DNA of 35,613 bases from an uncultured Chthoniobacterales bacterium. GTDB lineage: Bacteria > Actinomycetota > Acidimicrobiia > Acidimicrobiales > SHLQ01. A program made the position numbers and the translations under genes. Where the stretch lies: assembly GCA_964196045.1 (NCBI GenBank), contig CAXMRH010000073.1, forward strand, positions 1 through 35,613. The letters are read 5' to 3'. Below are positions 18,634 to 28,900 of this stretch, in pieces. Every line of letters starts with the position of its first letter. Position 1 is the stretch's first letter. The notes below the pieces were generated by a model, which was not told the origin of the DNA, made no database searches, and saw nothing but the letters and a program-made list of their open reading frames with translations.

Positions 18634-18990
18634 ATGGCGAAGGTCACGATCTACCACAACCCACATTGAGGTTCGTCGAAGAATGCCTTGGCGGTCGCCG
18701 AGGATTTGGGTGTCGACCACGATGTCGTCTTGTACATGAAAGAGCCGCCTGACCAAAAGACGCTCGAAGCGATTGTGGCTGGCCTCGAGGATCCAGTAGA
18801 AGACCTCGTTCGTAAGGACTCACAGTTCAAGAAGCTCGGCCTCGATCCAGACGATTACGTCGGGAACCCGGACGCGGTCATTGCTCTTTTGAGCGAGCGT
18901 AAAGCGTTGCTGCAACGGCCGATCGTGGTCAAAGGCAAGAAGGCCATCATCGGTCGCCCAAAGGACAGGATCCGCGAGTTCATCGGCTGA
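18634..18990 (+). CDS. arsC: ArsC-family arsenate reductase, probable selenoprotein (UGA at codon 12)
   Basis: MAKVTIYHNPH-TGA-GSSKNAL aligns with E. coli ArsC TIYHNPACGTSRN; in frame with LVRK, LLQRPIVV, IIGRP; GAGAGG RBS. Confidence 0.85.
18683..18706 (+). promoter_or_regulatory. Putative bacterial SECIS element
   Basis: aat-g-ccttggc-GGTC-gccgagg-att stem-loop; the G-initial apical loop starts 23 nt after the UGA. Confidence 0.65.
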
Positions 18991-19040
18991 CCCCTGAAAG
19001 CCCACGTTTGCGGCGTCTGCGATGCTGTTCTATCCATGGG

Positions 19041-19802
19041 ATGGTGAAGGTTCGTGGAAAGGCTCTCGTGGTGCCCGTCGTGGCGCTCGCCGTGTGGGCC
19101 TTCCCCAGTAACCAGCCCGAGGTTGAGGTGGCCGGCGCGACGGAGATCGCGCCGGAGATCGCCACTACGAGCGTCGCAGCGGACGTGGGCCTCGAATCCG
19201 CTTCGTCGATCTTCGAACCGTTGGCCGATGCGACGCCGAGGTCTGCCTCCAGCAGTACAATTTCGGCACCTTCAGTAACGACGGAAGTGGTCATCTCGAC
19301 GACTTCGTCGGAGCCCGAGCCCGACCCGGTCGATGTTTCCACGACCCTGACGACCATTGCGCGGCTATCGCTCGGAGAGCAGGCGTTCGAGCGTGTCACG
19401 TTTGACTGGCGCACACCCTTCCCGACCTGGCAGGTCGAGTTCCGGGGTGCCCGTGACGGCATACGAGCGCTCACGTATCCGGCAGAACGTCGGATAGAGA
19501 TCTTCATTAGGCCTACGGATACGGCGGTCACACTTCACCGGGTCTTTGCTCATGAGCTGGGTCACGTCGTGGACGTGGAACTCAACTCCGACAGCGATCG
19601 CGATCGATGGTTGGATCAGCGAGCTATTCCGCGGTCGACGCCATGGTGGCCGACTGCTGAGTCACCGGACTTCGCGACGGGTGCTGGCGACTTTGCCGAG
19701 GCGTTCGCGGTCTGGGAGACCGAAGTGTCGACGCGTTCGACGATCGGTGATCAACCTGATTCGGCCGACATCGAGCTACTGAGCGAGCTCGCGCAAGGCT
19801 GA
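19041..19802 (+). CDS. Secreted/anchored zincin-like metallopeptidase domain protein
   Basis: Signal/anchor, S/T-rich linker, FAHELGHVVD motif and downstream DFAEAFA. Confidence 0.7.
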   Translation: MVKVRGKALVVPVVALAVWAFPSNQPEVEVAGATEIAPEIATTSVAADVGLESASSIFEPLADATPRSASSSTISAPSVTTEVVISTTSSEPEPDPVDVSTTLTTIARLSLGEQAFERVTFDWRTPFPTWQVEFRGARDGIRALTYPAERRIEIFIRPTDTAVTLHRVFAHELGHVVDVELNSDSDRDRWLDQRAIPRSTPWWPTAESPDFATGAGDFAEAFAVWETEVSTRSTIGDQPDSADIELLSELAQG

Positions 19803-19803
19803 A

Positions 19804-20001
19804 TCAGCAGACTGGGTCGAGATCGTCGTCATCGAAGAGATCATCGAGCCACGCCCGCCCTGCAGCAGGGTGATAGCGGTACCTGCGCCGAATACGTTCG
19901 CTCTCCAGATCGACCACGTTCGTCTCTTCGGAGATCTCTGAGGCCTCTTCGGCTGGGAGGAGATCTTCGCCCGCGGGAACAAGGTGCAGATGTCGAGCCA
20001 T
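19804..20001 (-). CDS. Small acidic hypothetical protein (65 aa)
   Basis: ATG after GAGGG; fills the gap between flanking genes; actinobacterial-style RHLHLV and VVDL..RRR..HPA motifs. Confidence 0.5.
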   Translation of the reverse strand: MARHLHLVPAGEDLLPAEEASEISEETNVVDLESERIRRRYRYHPAAGRAWLDDLFDDDDLDPVC

Positions 20002-20062
20002 GCCCTCACTATCGGCGGGGGAGGTCCATTCCTGAAGCGTTCGACTTCGTACACTTGGCGCG

Positions 20063-20671
20063 ATGGCTGACCTTGTTCGATGTGCGTGGCCCACGAGCGA
20101 CGAAAATTACGTCAACTATCACGATCACGAGTGGGGGCGTCCCACCACGAATGATCACCGACTGTTCGAGAAGATCTGTCTGGAGGGGTTTCAGTCGGGT
20201 CTGTCCTGGTTGACGATCTTGCGGAAGCGTGATCGATTCCGCGAAGTCTTCGAACAATTCGACTTCGCTCTTGTTGCTTCGTTTGGGGAGGCGGACATCG
20301 AACGCCTACTCGACGACGCAGGGATCATTCGGCATCGAGGCAAGATCGAAGCGACGATCAACAATGCGCAGCGTGCCTGTGAGATGGTCGAGGCCGATGG
20401 TTCGATCGTGGACTGGGTTTGGCAGTGGGCGGTAGCCATCCCCGAGCGCCACGATGGAGGTATCCCTACCCAAACCGATCGTTCGGCCGCATTCGCGAAG
20501 GAACTCAAACGTCGGGGTTGGAGGTTCTTCGGGCCGACGACGGCCTACGCGTTCATGCAGTCCGAAGGGTTGACCAACGACCACGACGAAGCGTGTTTTG
20601 CGCATGGTGCGTGTGAGGCGGAGCGGCTCGAATTCCTCGAGGGACGAGAGCTTCGGTCAGGGGACGCGTAG
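20063..20671 (+). CDS. tag: DNA-3-methyladenine glycosylase I
   Basis: RCAW, YHDHEWG, LFEKICLEGFQSGLSWLTILRKR, GIIRHRGKI, FFGPTTAYAFMQ, NDH..C; TACACT -10 element 7 nt upstream. Confidence 0.95.
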   Translation: MADLVRCAWPTSDENYVNYHDHEWGRPTTNDHRLFEKICLEGFQSGLSWLTILRKRDRFREVFEQFDFALVASFGEADIERLLDDAGIIRHRGKIEATINNAQRACEMVEADGSIVDWVWQWAVAIPERHDGGIPTQTDRSAAFAKELKRRGWRFFGPTTAYAFMQSEGLTNDHDEACFAHGACEAERLEFLEGRELRSGDA

Positions 20672-20743
20672 CTGGAGTGGTTCGCGCTTGCCCGGATAGA
20701 TTCTTGGCAAGCTGTTCTTTTACCCGTCGAGGAGTCACCACAG

Positions 20744-21229
20744 ATGAAATTGTCCGACGAACCCTCCGTGGCTGTCGAAACCACGATCAAGGTCGAGCCG
20801 CAGCGTGTGTACGAGCTCGTGTCGGACCTCGACGCAATGGGAAGTTTCGGGACCGAATTCCAGGGTGGTGAATGGGTAAGCGGGCGTCCCGGGACGGTTG
20901 GCTCGACGTTCGTTGGGCGTCAGCGCCTGGGCGACCGCGAGTGGGAGACGACATCAACCGTCATGTCCGCCGAGCCCGGGCGGGAGTTCAGCTGGACGGT
21001 AGGCGATCTCGACGATTCGACCGCGACATGGACGGTGAACCTTCGGTCGGTGCCCGATGGATGCGAAGTCCGGTATTCCTTCGTTCACGGCCCGGGGCCC
21101 TCAGGACTACGTTTGCGAATCGAGGCTCAGCCGCACGATGAAGCCAAGTTCATCGACGCGCGTCTGTCCACTTTGCAGCAGAACATGATCAAGACACTCG
21201 AAGGCATCCGGCGCAGAACGGCGCGCTGA
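20744..21229 (+). CDS. SRPBCC (polyketide cyclase/START-like) family protein
   Basis: PQRVYELVSDL, GSTFVGR, WETTSTV..AEPGREFSW, C-terminal helix TLEGIRR; AGGAG RBS. Confidence 0.85.
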   Translation: MKLSDEPSVAVETTIKVEPQRVYELVSDLDAMGSFGTEFQGGEWVSGRPGTVGSTFVGRQRLGDREWETTSTVMSAEPGREFSWTVGDLDDSTATWTVNLRSVPDGCEVRYSFVHGPGPSGLRLRIEAQPHDEAKFIDARLSTLQQNMIKTLEGIRRRTAR

Positions 21230-21245
21230 CGCCGCACCGTCAAGC

Positions 21246-22625
21246 TCAAACGGGCGCCGGTTCGTGCGCCTCGGGTGCGTCACCCGGCTCGCGCTCAGCG
21301 TCGCCTGAGTCGAGCGGCACGAGCCGATCCCGTCCGGCCTCTGCCTGACGAACTCCAGCGGCGATCGCTGTCACGATCGCGATCAACACGAAGACGCGGG
21401 GTGCCCGGGTGAACTTCTCGAGTAGGTCATCGATCCCGAGCGTGGTCTCGAAGATTCGCTCGACCGCCCAGATCCCTGCGACTACCCCGAGAACCATCGA
21501 TCCGAGCCGGAGGAACCGGGGGTAGAGAACGGTTCGTCGAAGCATGTAGAGGGCCGGGAAGAGCAACGAGATGATGAACGCCTGTCCGATCTCGACACCG
21601 ACGTTGAACCCGAGTAGCGAGATCAACCGTTGTCCCCGGCCGACTCCGAGCTCGGACAAGAGCCCCGCGAAACCGAATCCGTGGAAGATGCCGAACGCAA
21701 AGGCGATCAGGTGCTCTCGGTTCGCAAAGATCGGTTTCATGTTGTGAAGCGCAGTCGCAATGATCGACACAGCGATCACCGTTTCGACCAGCCTCGACGG
21801 CAGCTCGATGATTTCGAGACCGCCGAGTGTCAATGTGATCGAGTGCGCCAAGGTGAACATGGTCGCGATCTTCAGAACGCGCCACAGGCCGGCTCGGAAA
21901 GTGGGTACTGGCTGCCATGATTGCGTCGCCGAGTAGAGCATCACCGCTGGAAGAAGCAGAACGAGCACGAACAAGATGTGATCGGTGCCGATGAAGATGT
22001 GTTCCATGCCGAGCGAGACCGTTCCCGTGAAGGCCTTCCACACATCCGGGTCGTCGAGGTTCACCGTCGAGGTCGGGTCTGAAGAGGTGAGGAGATCGGG
22101 TTGAAAGTTTCCTTCGTTGAGAAACACCCCAGTGACCGGGTCCGTCCGGATCACGACGAAGCCCGAGTGACCTGCGCGCTCGTCGAAGATGCCCGAATAG
22201 GTGACGTCGAACTCCCGAGGTGCTTCGTCGAACGTCCGGTCGACGGTGAACTCGAACGCGGCGTACAGACGGTTCTCTGTCTTGACGATTTCGGTGCCAT
22301 CGAATGTGATCGGCCACCGAACACCGTCTGGCCCGACGATCGAGAGACTGTCGGTATTGAACGGGATCATCTGATCTTGGACGGTCTCGATGTCCTCGGG
22401 GGTTGCCAGATCTGGATCGAGGTCGAAGCCGAAAAACTCGTTCAGAAGAACGACGGGGTGTTCCACCTGACCTTGCGCAGTTCCATCGGGGAACAGGTCC
22501 AGGTACACGACCGAACTCTGACCATCATGGGCTGATGCGGCGCTCGTTAGCAGCAGACCGAACAAGGGAATGAGCAGAACACCGAGAAGCGCCATGATCT
22601 TGCGGGGAGACAGTTGGACTTTCAT
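21246..22625 (-). CDS. HupE/UreJ-family membrane protein with an N-terminal extracytoplasmic domain
   Basis: Signal peptide ASA-HD; GMEHIFIGTDHILF, FTLAHSITL, FGIFHGFGFA, GFNVGVEIGQ. Confidence 0.88.
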   Translation of the reverse strand: MKVQLSPRKIMALLGVLLIPLFGLLLTSAASAHDGQSSVVYLDLFPDGTAQGQVEHPVVLLNEFFGFDLDPDLATPEDIETVQDQMIPFNTDSLSIVGPDGVRWPITFDGTEIVKTENRLYAAFEFTVDRTFDEAPREFDVTYSGIFDERAGHSGFVVIRTDPVTGVFLNEGNFQPDLLTSSDPTSTVNLDDPDVWKAFTGTVSLGMEHIFIGTDHILFVLVLLLPAVMLYSATQSWQPVPTFRAGLWRVLKIATMFTLAHSITLTLGGLEIIELPSRLVETVIAVSIIATALHNMKPIFANREHLIAFAFGIFHGFGFAGLLSELGVGRGQRLISLLGFNVGVEIGQAFIISLLFPALYMLRRTVLYPRFLRLGSMVLGVVAGIWAVERIFETTLGIDDLLEKFTRAPRVFVLIAIVTAIAAGVRQAEAGRDRLVPLDSGDAEREPGDAPEAHEPAPV

Positions 22626-22688
22626 CACTTCACGTTCTTTCACTACCAAGTTCTCGGAGTATCTACGCACTTATCTTGATGTGCGGAT

Positions 22689-23906
22689 TCAGGCCGGAAG
22701 GCCCAATAGTCGGGCGATGATGTTCTTCTGTATCCCGGAGGCGCCGCCGTAGATCACCCCGCCACTCAGGTTTCTGAGGTCGCGCTCGACCCCGTATTCC
22801 GACACATATCCTCGTGCGCCATGAATCTCGACCGAGGCAAGGGCACCTGCGAGCGCTCCTTGACTTCCGGCGAGCTTGCTGAGTGCTGCGGCCATCATCG
22901 AGCTCTGGCCGCGTTGTTGCAGGGCAGCGGCCTTGTACATCAGCAGCCTGGCGGACTCGTGGGCCAACTTCACGTCGCTCAGCGCATGAGAAACGCCCTG
23001 GAACGATCCGATTGGCTGGCCGAACTGCTCGCGGCTTCGTCCGTACTCGACAGCGTCGAGGAGAACCCGTTCCAGGGCGCCGATGCTGCCGACGAGGAGG
23101 AACCCTCGCTCCGCCTCCATCGAAGAACTGAAGATGCTGGCGCCTGCACCTTCTGCTCCCATCCGAGCCGATTCTGGAATGTGGCAGTCGGTGAAGTTGA
23201 CGTTCGAGAATGGTGTCGTACGCAGCCCCATCTTGGGTCGATTGGCGCCCACGTCGAGCCCCGGGGTGCCTGCGGGGATGCAGAACGCGCTGATTCCCCA
23301 GCGGCCAACTTCCGGGTTTGTCGTCGCGAACACGATGAACACATCCGCGACGGGTGCCATAGTGACCCAGGCCTTCTCTCCGTTCAGGACGTAGCCGTCT
23401 GGAACTCGTGTCGCTGTGGTCGTCAGCGAGAAGGCGTCGGACCCCGATTCGGGCTCAGACATCGAGAACGAGCCGATTGCCTCTCCTGAGATCAGCTTTG
23501 GCATCCACTCCTTTGCCTGTTCGGGAGTGCCGAAACGCTCAAGCGTCATTCCAACGGTCAGAACTTGTGCGGTGGTGGCGAAGACCAAGCCGTCATCTCG
23601 GCACCCGAGGCCGAGCCCTTCCAGCTCGAGAAGGGCCGAGGTCAGGCTTCGTCCCTGGCCTCCAAACTCTGGTGATGCGAGGAGGCTGAAGAGCCCGCGT
23701 TCGCCGATCCTGTCCCAGCCTTCACGCCAAAAGGTGCAGTTCAGGTCACGATCCAACAGTGTGTCATCGGCAAGGTTCGCTCGGGCCCAGTCGGCAATGG
23801 CCAGTTTGCGAGGATGGGCTTCGTTGAGGAGGGCCTCGAGCATCTCGATATCCGATACGGACGCGACGATGGAAAGCTCCTCCGACCCTGCATCTACCGC
23901 TTTCAT
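22689..23906 (-). CDS. Acyl-CoA dehydrogenase of the L-prolyl-PCP dehydrogenase (PltE/RedW/CloN3) clade
   Basis: FWREGW..GLF..PEFGGQG, LEGLGLGCRDDGLVF, MSEPESGSD, MEAERG, R.QFGQPIGSFQ, IYGGASGIQKNIIARLLGL. Confidence 0.85.
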   Translation of the reverse strand: MKAVDAGSEELSIVASVSDIEMLEALLNEAHPRKLAIADWARANLADDTLLDRDLNCTFWREGWDRIGERGLFSLLASPEFGGQGRSLTSALLELEGLGLGCRDDGLVFATTAQVLTVGMTLERFGTPEQAKEWMPKLISGEAIGSFSMSEPESGSDAFSLTTTATRVPDGYVLNGEKAWVTMAPVADVFIVFATTNPEVGRWGISAFCIPAGTPGLDVGANRPKMGLRTTPFSNVNFTDCHIPESARMGAEGAGASIFSSSMEAERGFLLVGSIGALERVLLDAVEYGRSREQFGQPIGSFQGVSHALSDVKLAHESARLLMYKAAALQQRGQSSMMAAALSKLAGSQGALAGALASVEIHGARGYVSEYGVERDLRNLSGGVIYGGASGIQKNIIARLLGLPA

Positions 23907-24067
23907 TGGCTTCGTACCTCTCCCAAGCGGTGACTCGCCGATTCGCCGCATCTACGACACGAGTACCACAACGTCACACATATGCAATTCGACATGAGAA
24001 CTCCGAACTCCAAAAGGACTATTTGCTCGGGCTACGTTCCGAGGCACCCTGTTGGATGCGTTGCGTT

Positions 24068-25723
24068 ATGCCGGAGCAGGGACGAGCAATAGAAGTGGGA
24101 AGTTCGTTGGGATCTAGCGAGTTCGGGGAGCGAGTCGGATCGTCGCGCATACGCACGCTCAGCGGGCTTCTCGCCGATCAGGCCAGCATTCGGCCGGATG
24201 CTGGCGCCGTCGTCGACGTTGCTCGCACGTGGACGTGGTCCGAGATCGCTGTGGCGTCAGGCCAAATGATGGCCGCGCTGATCGACTGTGGTGTCCAACC
24301 CGGTGGACGGGTCGGCGTGCACCTGAACAAGTCAGCCGAGGGTTTCGCCGCGATGCACGCTGTTGTTTCGGTCGGTGCAATCGCTGTGCCACTCGACCCT
24401 GGTTCTCCGGCAGCGCGGGTGGCCCGGATCTGCGATCGCATGCAGATCGCCGTCGTCGTGTCACATGCGCCTCGCAAGCGAACGCTCCTCGCCATGCACG
24501 AAATCCGTCCGCTCGCCGCGGTGATCGGAGTCGACCTCGCGGCCGAGCTTCGATCGATCGACGTGGACGAACTCGCGAACTTCGAGCCGGCGGCACCCCG
24601 TCTGGTCGATGTCGATGCACCGTCGTACATCATCACGACGTCAGGCTCCACTGGCGAGCCGAAGGGAATGGTGCACACGCACCGAAGTGCCTTGGCGTAT
24701 GCCGACATGACCCTTCGTACGTATGGGCTTCGATCTGACGACCGAGTCTCTGATATTGCTCCGCACCATTTCGACATCTCGACACACTCGTTGTGGTCGG
24801 TACCACTTGCCGGCGCTACCAACGTCATCATCTCCGAGCCCTATCAGCGGCTCCCTGCCAGTCACTCGCAACGTTTGCAGGACGAACGCGTGACGTATTG
24901 GTACTCCGTGCCGTTCTTGCTGCACCAACTCGTCCTCAGAGGTGACCTCGAGAACCGTGACCTCTCCGCCCTTCGCTGGGTACATTTCGGCGGCGAGGTC
25001 ATCTCGCCGCTGGTCATCGCGGACTTCATGGCGGCCGCACCGAACGCTCGATTCGCGAACATCTTCGGCCCGGCCGAGACGAACCAATGCTCGGTGGCTA
25101 TCTTCGACGGCCCTCCCGATCCGAAACAGATGTTGTCGGTCGGGCGGCCCCTCGACCACACGGCCATCCGAATCATCGATCCAGATGCCGACACACCAGA
25201 TCTCAGGAATGTCGTCCAGAGCGGCGAGATGTGGGCCTCGACGCCACAGCTCATGGAGGGGTACTGGCAACAACCCGAGCTGAATGCTCGAGTCATCGTC
25301 GAGTTGGATGGAAAGTATTGGTACCGGAGCGGCGACCTTGTTTCAGTCGCGGACGATGGGAACATGACATTCCACGGTCGCCTCGATCACCAGGTCAAAG
25401 TGCGCGGCTACCGCATCGAACTCGAAGGTGTCGAAATGGAACTCGAGCAGCTCCCTGACGTTGACCACGTTGTCGTAGCCGTCTCCCGTCTGGCGACCGG
25501 TGAGGATGAGCTGGTCGCTGGGCTTCTTGGTACGACGTCCGACTTCGACGAGTCGAGTTTTCTCCACGCAGCTGCATCCGTACTACCCACCTATGCCGTA
25601 CCTACACGCACAGTGACAATCGATGCGGCGACCTTCACAGGCAGCGGGAAGCTCGATCGTCGACTGTTGCGAGAGCACATTCTCGATGCCCTGAGAATCG
25701 AAACCCTGAAAGTTGAAAGCTGA
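24068..25723 (+). CDS. Stand-alone amino-acid adenylation enzyme (PltF/RedM/CloN4-like carrier-protein ligase)
   Basis: YIITTSGSTGEPKG, APHHFDIS, TYWYSVP, NIFGPAETNQC, YRSGD, GRLDHQVKVRGYRIEL, SGKLDR; start uncertain. Confidence 0.88.
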   Translation: MPEQGRAIEVGSSLGSSEFGERVGSSRIRTLSGLLADQASIRPDAGAVVDVARTWTWSEIAVASGQMMAALIDCGVQPGGRVGVHLNKSAEGFAAMHAVVSVGAIAVPLDPGSPAARVARICDRMQIAVVVSHAPRKRTLLAMHEIRPLAAVIGVDLAAELRSIDVDELANFEPAAPRLVDVDAPSYIITTSGSTGEPKGMVHTHRSALAYADMTLRTYGLRSDDRVSDIAPHHFDISTHSLWSVPLAGATNVIISEPYQRLPASHSQRLQDERVTYWYSVPFLLHQLVLRGDLENRDLSALRWVHFGGEVISPLVIADFMAAAPNARFANIFGPAETNQCSVAIFDGPPDPKQMLSVGRPLDHTAIRIIDPDADTPDLRNVVQSGEMWASTPQLMEGYWQQPELNARVIVELDGKYWYRSGDLVSVADDGNMTFHGRLDHQVKVRGYRIELEGVEMELEQLPDVDHVVVAVSRLATGEDELVAGLLGTTSDFDESSFLHAAASVLPTYAVPTRTVTIDAATFTGSGKLDRRLLREHILDALRIETLKVES

Positions 25724-25971
25724 TGACTAATGCACTCTCTCAGGCGCTGACACGTTTCATTCAGGAAGAGATCGTGTTCGACGATGTCGTCGTCGATGGC
25801 GACATCGACCTGTTGTTGACCGGGTTGGTCGACAGTCTTGGCGTCATTCGGATCACACATTGGATGGAAGAGACGACTGGCGTGGTCGTGGACCCGGGTG
25901 ACGTCACTCTCGAGAACTTCCAGACGGTTGACAAAATGGCCGCCTACCTCGATTCGCGAGCGAAGGTCTGA
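25723..25971 (+). CDS. Stand-alone carrier protein (PltL/RedO-like ACP/PCP)
   Basis: LLLTGLVDSLG phosphopantetheinylation motif; ENFQTV; TGATG coupling to the upstream gene. Confidence 0.9.
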   Translation: MTNALSQALTRFIQEEIVFDDVVVDGDIDLLLTGLVDSLGVIRITHWMEETTGVVVDPGDVTLENFQTVDKMAAYLDSRAKV

Positions 25972-25973
25972 GC

Positions 25974-28900
25974 GTGTCCAACACGGTGCATTTGCAGCCA
26001 CGGAGGCCGCTGACGCCCGCCCAAGAGCTGATCTGGACGTCGCAACGTCTCCAGCCAGATTCGCCGCATCAGAATATGGCACTTCTGACGACGTTCGGTG
26101 CGCCAATCGATGCCGATCGGTTTCTCGAGGCGGTCGATGCGGTGGTGCGAACGAGCGATGCGCTGCGCACAACGGTTCGCGAGATCGACGGTGTCCCGCA
26201 CCCAATCTTGTCAGCGGTTCCACCGTCGACGACGAAGGTGCTGCGGCTCGACCGTGAAGACCTCGATGAGTGGATGCACACCCGAATCAGCCGACCGATC
26301 GACCTCGACAAGGCCGCATACGAGTCCGCGCTGATCGACCATGGCAACGATGAGTGGTCGTGGTTTGTCAACGTCCACCACATCGTCATCGATGCCGCGA
26401 GCTCCGCGAACTTCTTCAACGCTGTTGCAAATCAGTATCACGGCCAAGACTACGAACTGCCTAAGTACGCGGACGTGTGGGCGGAGCTGTCCGAGATGCA
26501 GAATGCGGCACGACTAGACAACGCACGCGATCACTGGGCGCTGACCGAGGGCGATGCTGCTCCGACGAGCATGTACCGGCCGGATTCTGGTCCCACGAGC
26601 CTCGCTGACCGTGTCAACATCGACATGTCCGCGGGGCGCCAGCACGCGCTGGATGCTCTTCTCGAGGACCGGTTTCGGCTCCTTAGCCCAGGTCTCTCGT
26701 TAACGGTGGCGCTCGCAACCGCGCTGTCCGCCTACCTGGCGAAGCTCGGAAACGACGACGTCACGATCGGGATTCCGATCCATCACCGTTCGACAAAGAA
26801 CGCGAAGCGGGTCATCGGTCCACTCGTAGAGTTGTTCCCACTCCGGATCGATGTGCTCGACGACGACACCTACGTGTCTCTGCATGAACGAATCGGCAAG
26901 TCGTTGTTCGAGTTGCTTCGGTTCGCCATTCCGGGAACCAGTCCTCGGCAGTCGTTCGACGTTGTTCTCAACGTCCACGGCGCAACACTGGGGTCGTTCG
27001 GGCCAATCCCCGCCTCGACTCGATGGATCCACCCCGGCCACATCGATCCGCATCACCGTCTACGAGTCCAGGCCCTCGACTACGACGGCAGCGGAACCCT
27101 TGAACTTGGTCTCGACGTCAACCACCGGATCGCGGACGGTGACCATCGTCGGCGCGCCGGGGTGCACTTCTCGACCGTGATCGACGCGATGACGAGCGAT
27201 CCAATGCAGACGGTTCATTCTGTCGGACTGCTCACGCCTGACGAGTCGCTCCTGCTGGAGTCCTTCACGAGCAGCAGCCATGGTGTTCCAATCGACGGAG
27301 TCGCGCCCGAGATCGTTTCACAACGGTTGTTAGCTCATGCCGACCACATCACGATTCAGTCGAGCGACGAGGTGCTCACCGCAGCAGAGCTCGACGCCCG
27401 AATCGACGAGGTCAGCCGAGCACTGAAGGCGAGTGGCATCGGTCGCGGCGACCGCGTGGGAATCGAGATGCCGATCGGCATCGACGCCGTCGTTGCGATT
27501 CACGGAGTCCTGCGGTCGGGCGCGGCGTTCGTGCCGATCGACCCCGCGTATCCGGCTGCTCGCCGTGAACACATTCGCGATGATTCTGGATGTGCGTTCA
27601 CCGTCACCTCCCTTGCGGAGTTGCGCGTCGGGGTCACGGCCGATCACCAGATTTATCCCAGCGACCCGATTTCTCTAGAGGACCCAATCTCTTTGGATGA
27701 CACCGCGTATGTGATCTACACCTCGGGCTCGACCGGCTTACCAAAGGGTGTGCCGATCACCCACCGCGGGTTGTCCGAGTATCTCGGGTTTGCTTACTCG
27801 ACCTACGTCGGTGCGACTCCTCCAGTAATGCCGCTCTTCACCTCGTTGTCCTTCGACCTGACGATCACCACGCTGTTCCTTCCGTTCCTTTCCGGTGGGC
27901 GTATGACCGTGCACCCGGGTGGAGGACTCTCCGCGCTTCGAGAGATTGTTGAGCAGCGCGAGGCGACCCTTCTCAAGGCGACACCTTCACACCTCGAACT
28001 CTTGGTGCGAATGCTCGATGTGGATCACCCACTCCGCGGCCTCATCGTCGGTGGCGAAGCGTTCATGGTCGATCTTGCCGAGCGGCTGCAGAACGTTCTC
28101 GGGCCGGAACTCTCGATCTTCAACGAGTACGGACCAACCGAAGCGGTCGTTGGGTGTATGGAACACCACTTCGACCCCTCGAGCGATCATGGCCCCGAGG
28201 TTCCGATTGGCCGAGCCGCGCCAGGCGTCGCTCTCCACATTCTGGATCGATTCGGGCTGCCCGTCCCGTTGGGTGTCGCTGGAGAACTCTTCATCTCGAG
28301 GCCCGGTATGACGTCTGGATATCTGGGACGCCCTGATCTCAGCGCAGAGAAGCTCGTCGTCGTTCCACCGTCGGGAAGTGATGCCCTGTTGTATCGCACC
28401 GGCGACCTCGTGCGAATGCTCGATGCCGATCGCATGGTCTACCTCGGGCGAATCGACGAACAGATCAAGGTCGGTGGAATCCGCCTCGAGCCAGGTGAGA
28501 TCGAACACGTCGCTCAGCAGATGACTGGAGTCGAGCGCGCCGTTGCCGGCCTGTGGACTCCAGACTTGGCACAAAGAATCGAGAACTGTGTGCGTTGTGG
28601 GCTCGGCTCCGACGTCCCGGGGACCACCATCGATGGGGACGGGGTCTGTTCGAGCTGCCATCAATACGACCTCGTCGAACCCCAGGCTGCCGCATGGTTT
28701 CGAACCGAGGACAATCTTCGCGAGGCGATCGCCCACGCGCGAGCGAGGTCAACAGGGGACTACGACGTCATCCACCTGATCAGTGGCGGCAAGGACTCGA
28801 CCTACGCGTTGTACAAGCTGGTCGAGCTTGGAGCGAAGGTATTCGCGATCACTCTCGACAACGGATACATCGCTGAAGTGGCGAAGGCGAACGTTCGTCG

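Noticed and set aside
20744-21229. SRPBCC protein as a BGC cyclase
   Set aside because: Co-oriented with tag and convergent to the cluster; generic family with no specific link
27663-27698. DPISLE-DPISLD 18-bp duplication in the NRPS
   Set aside because: Small in-frame duplication in a variable loop before motif A3; no functional evidence
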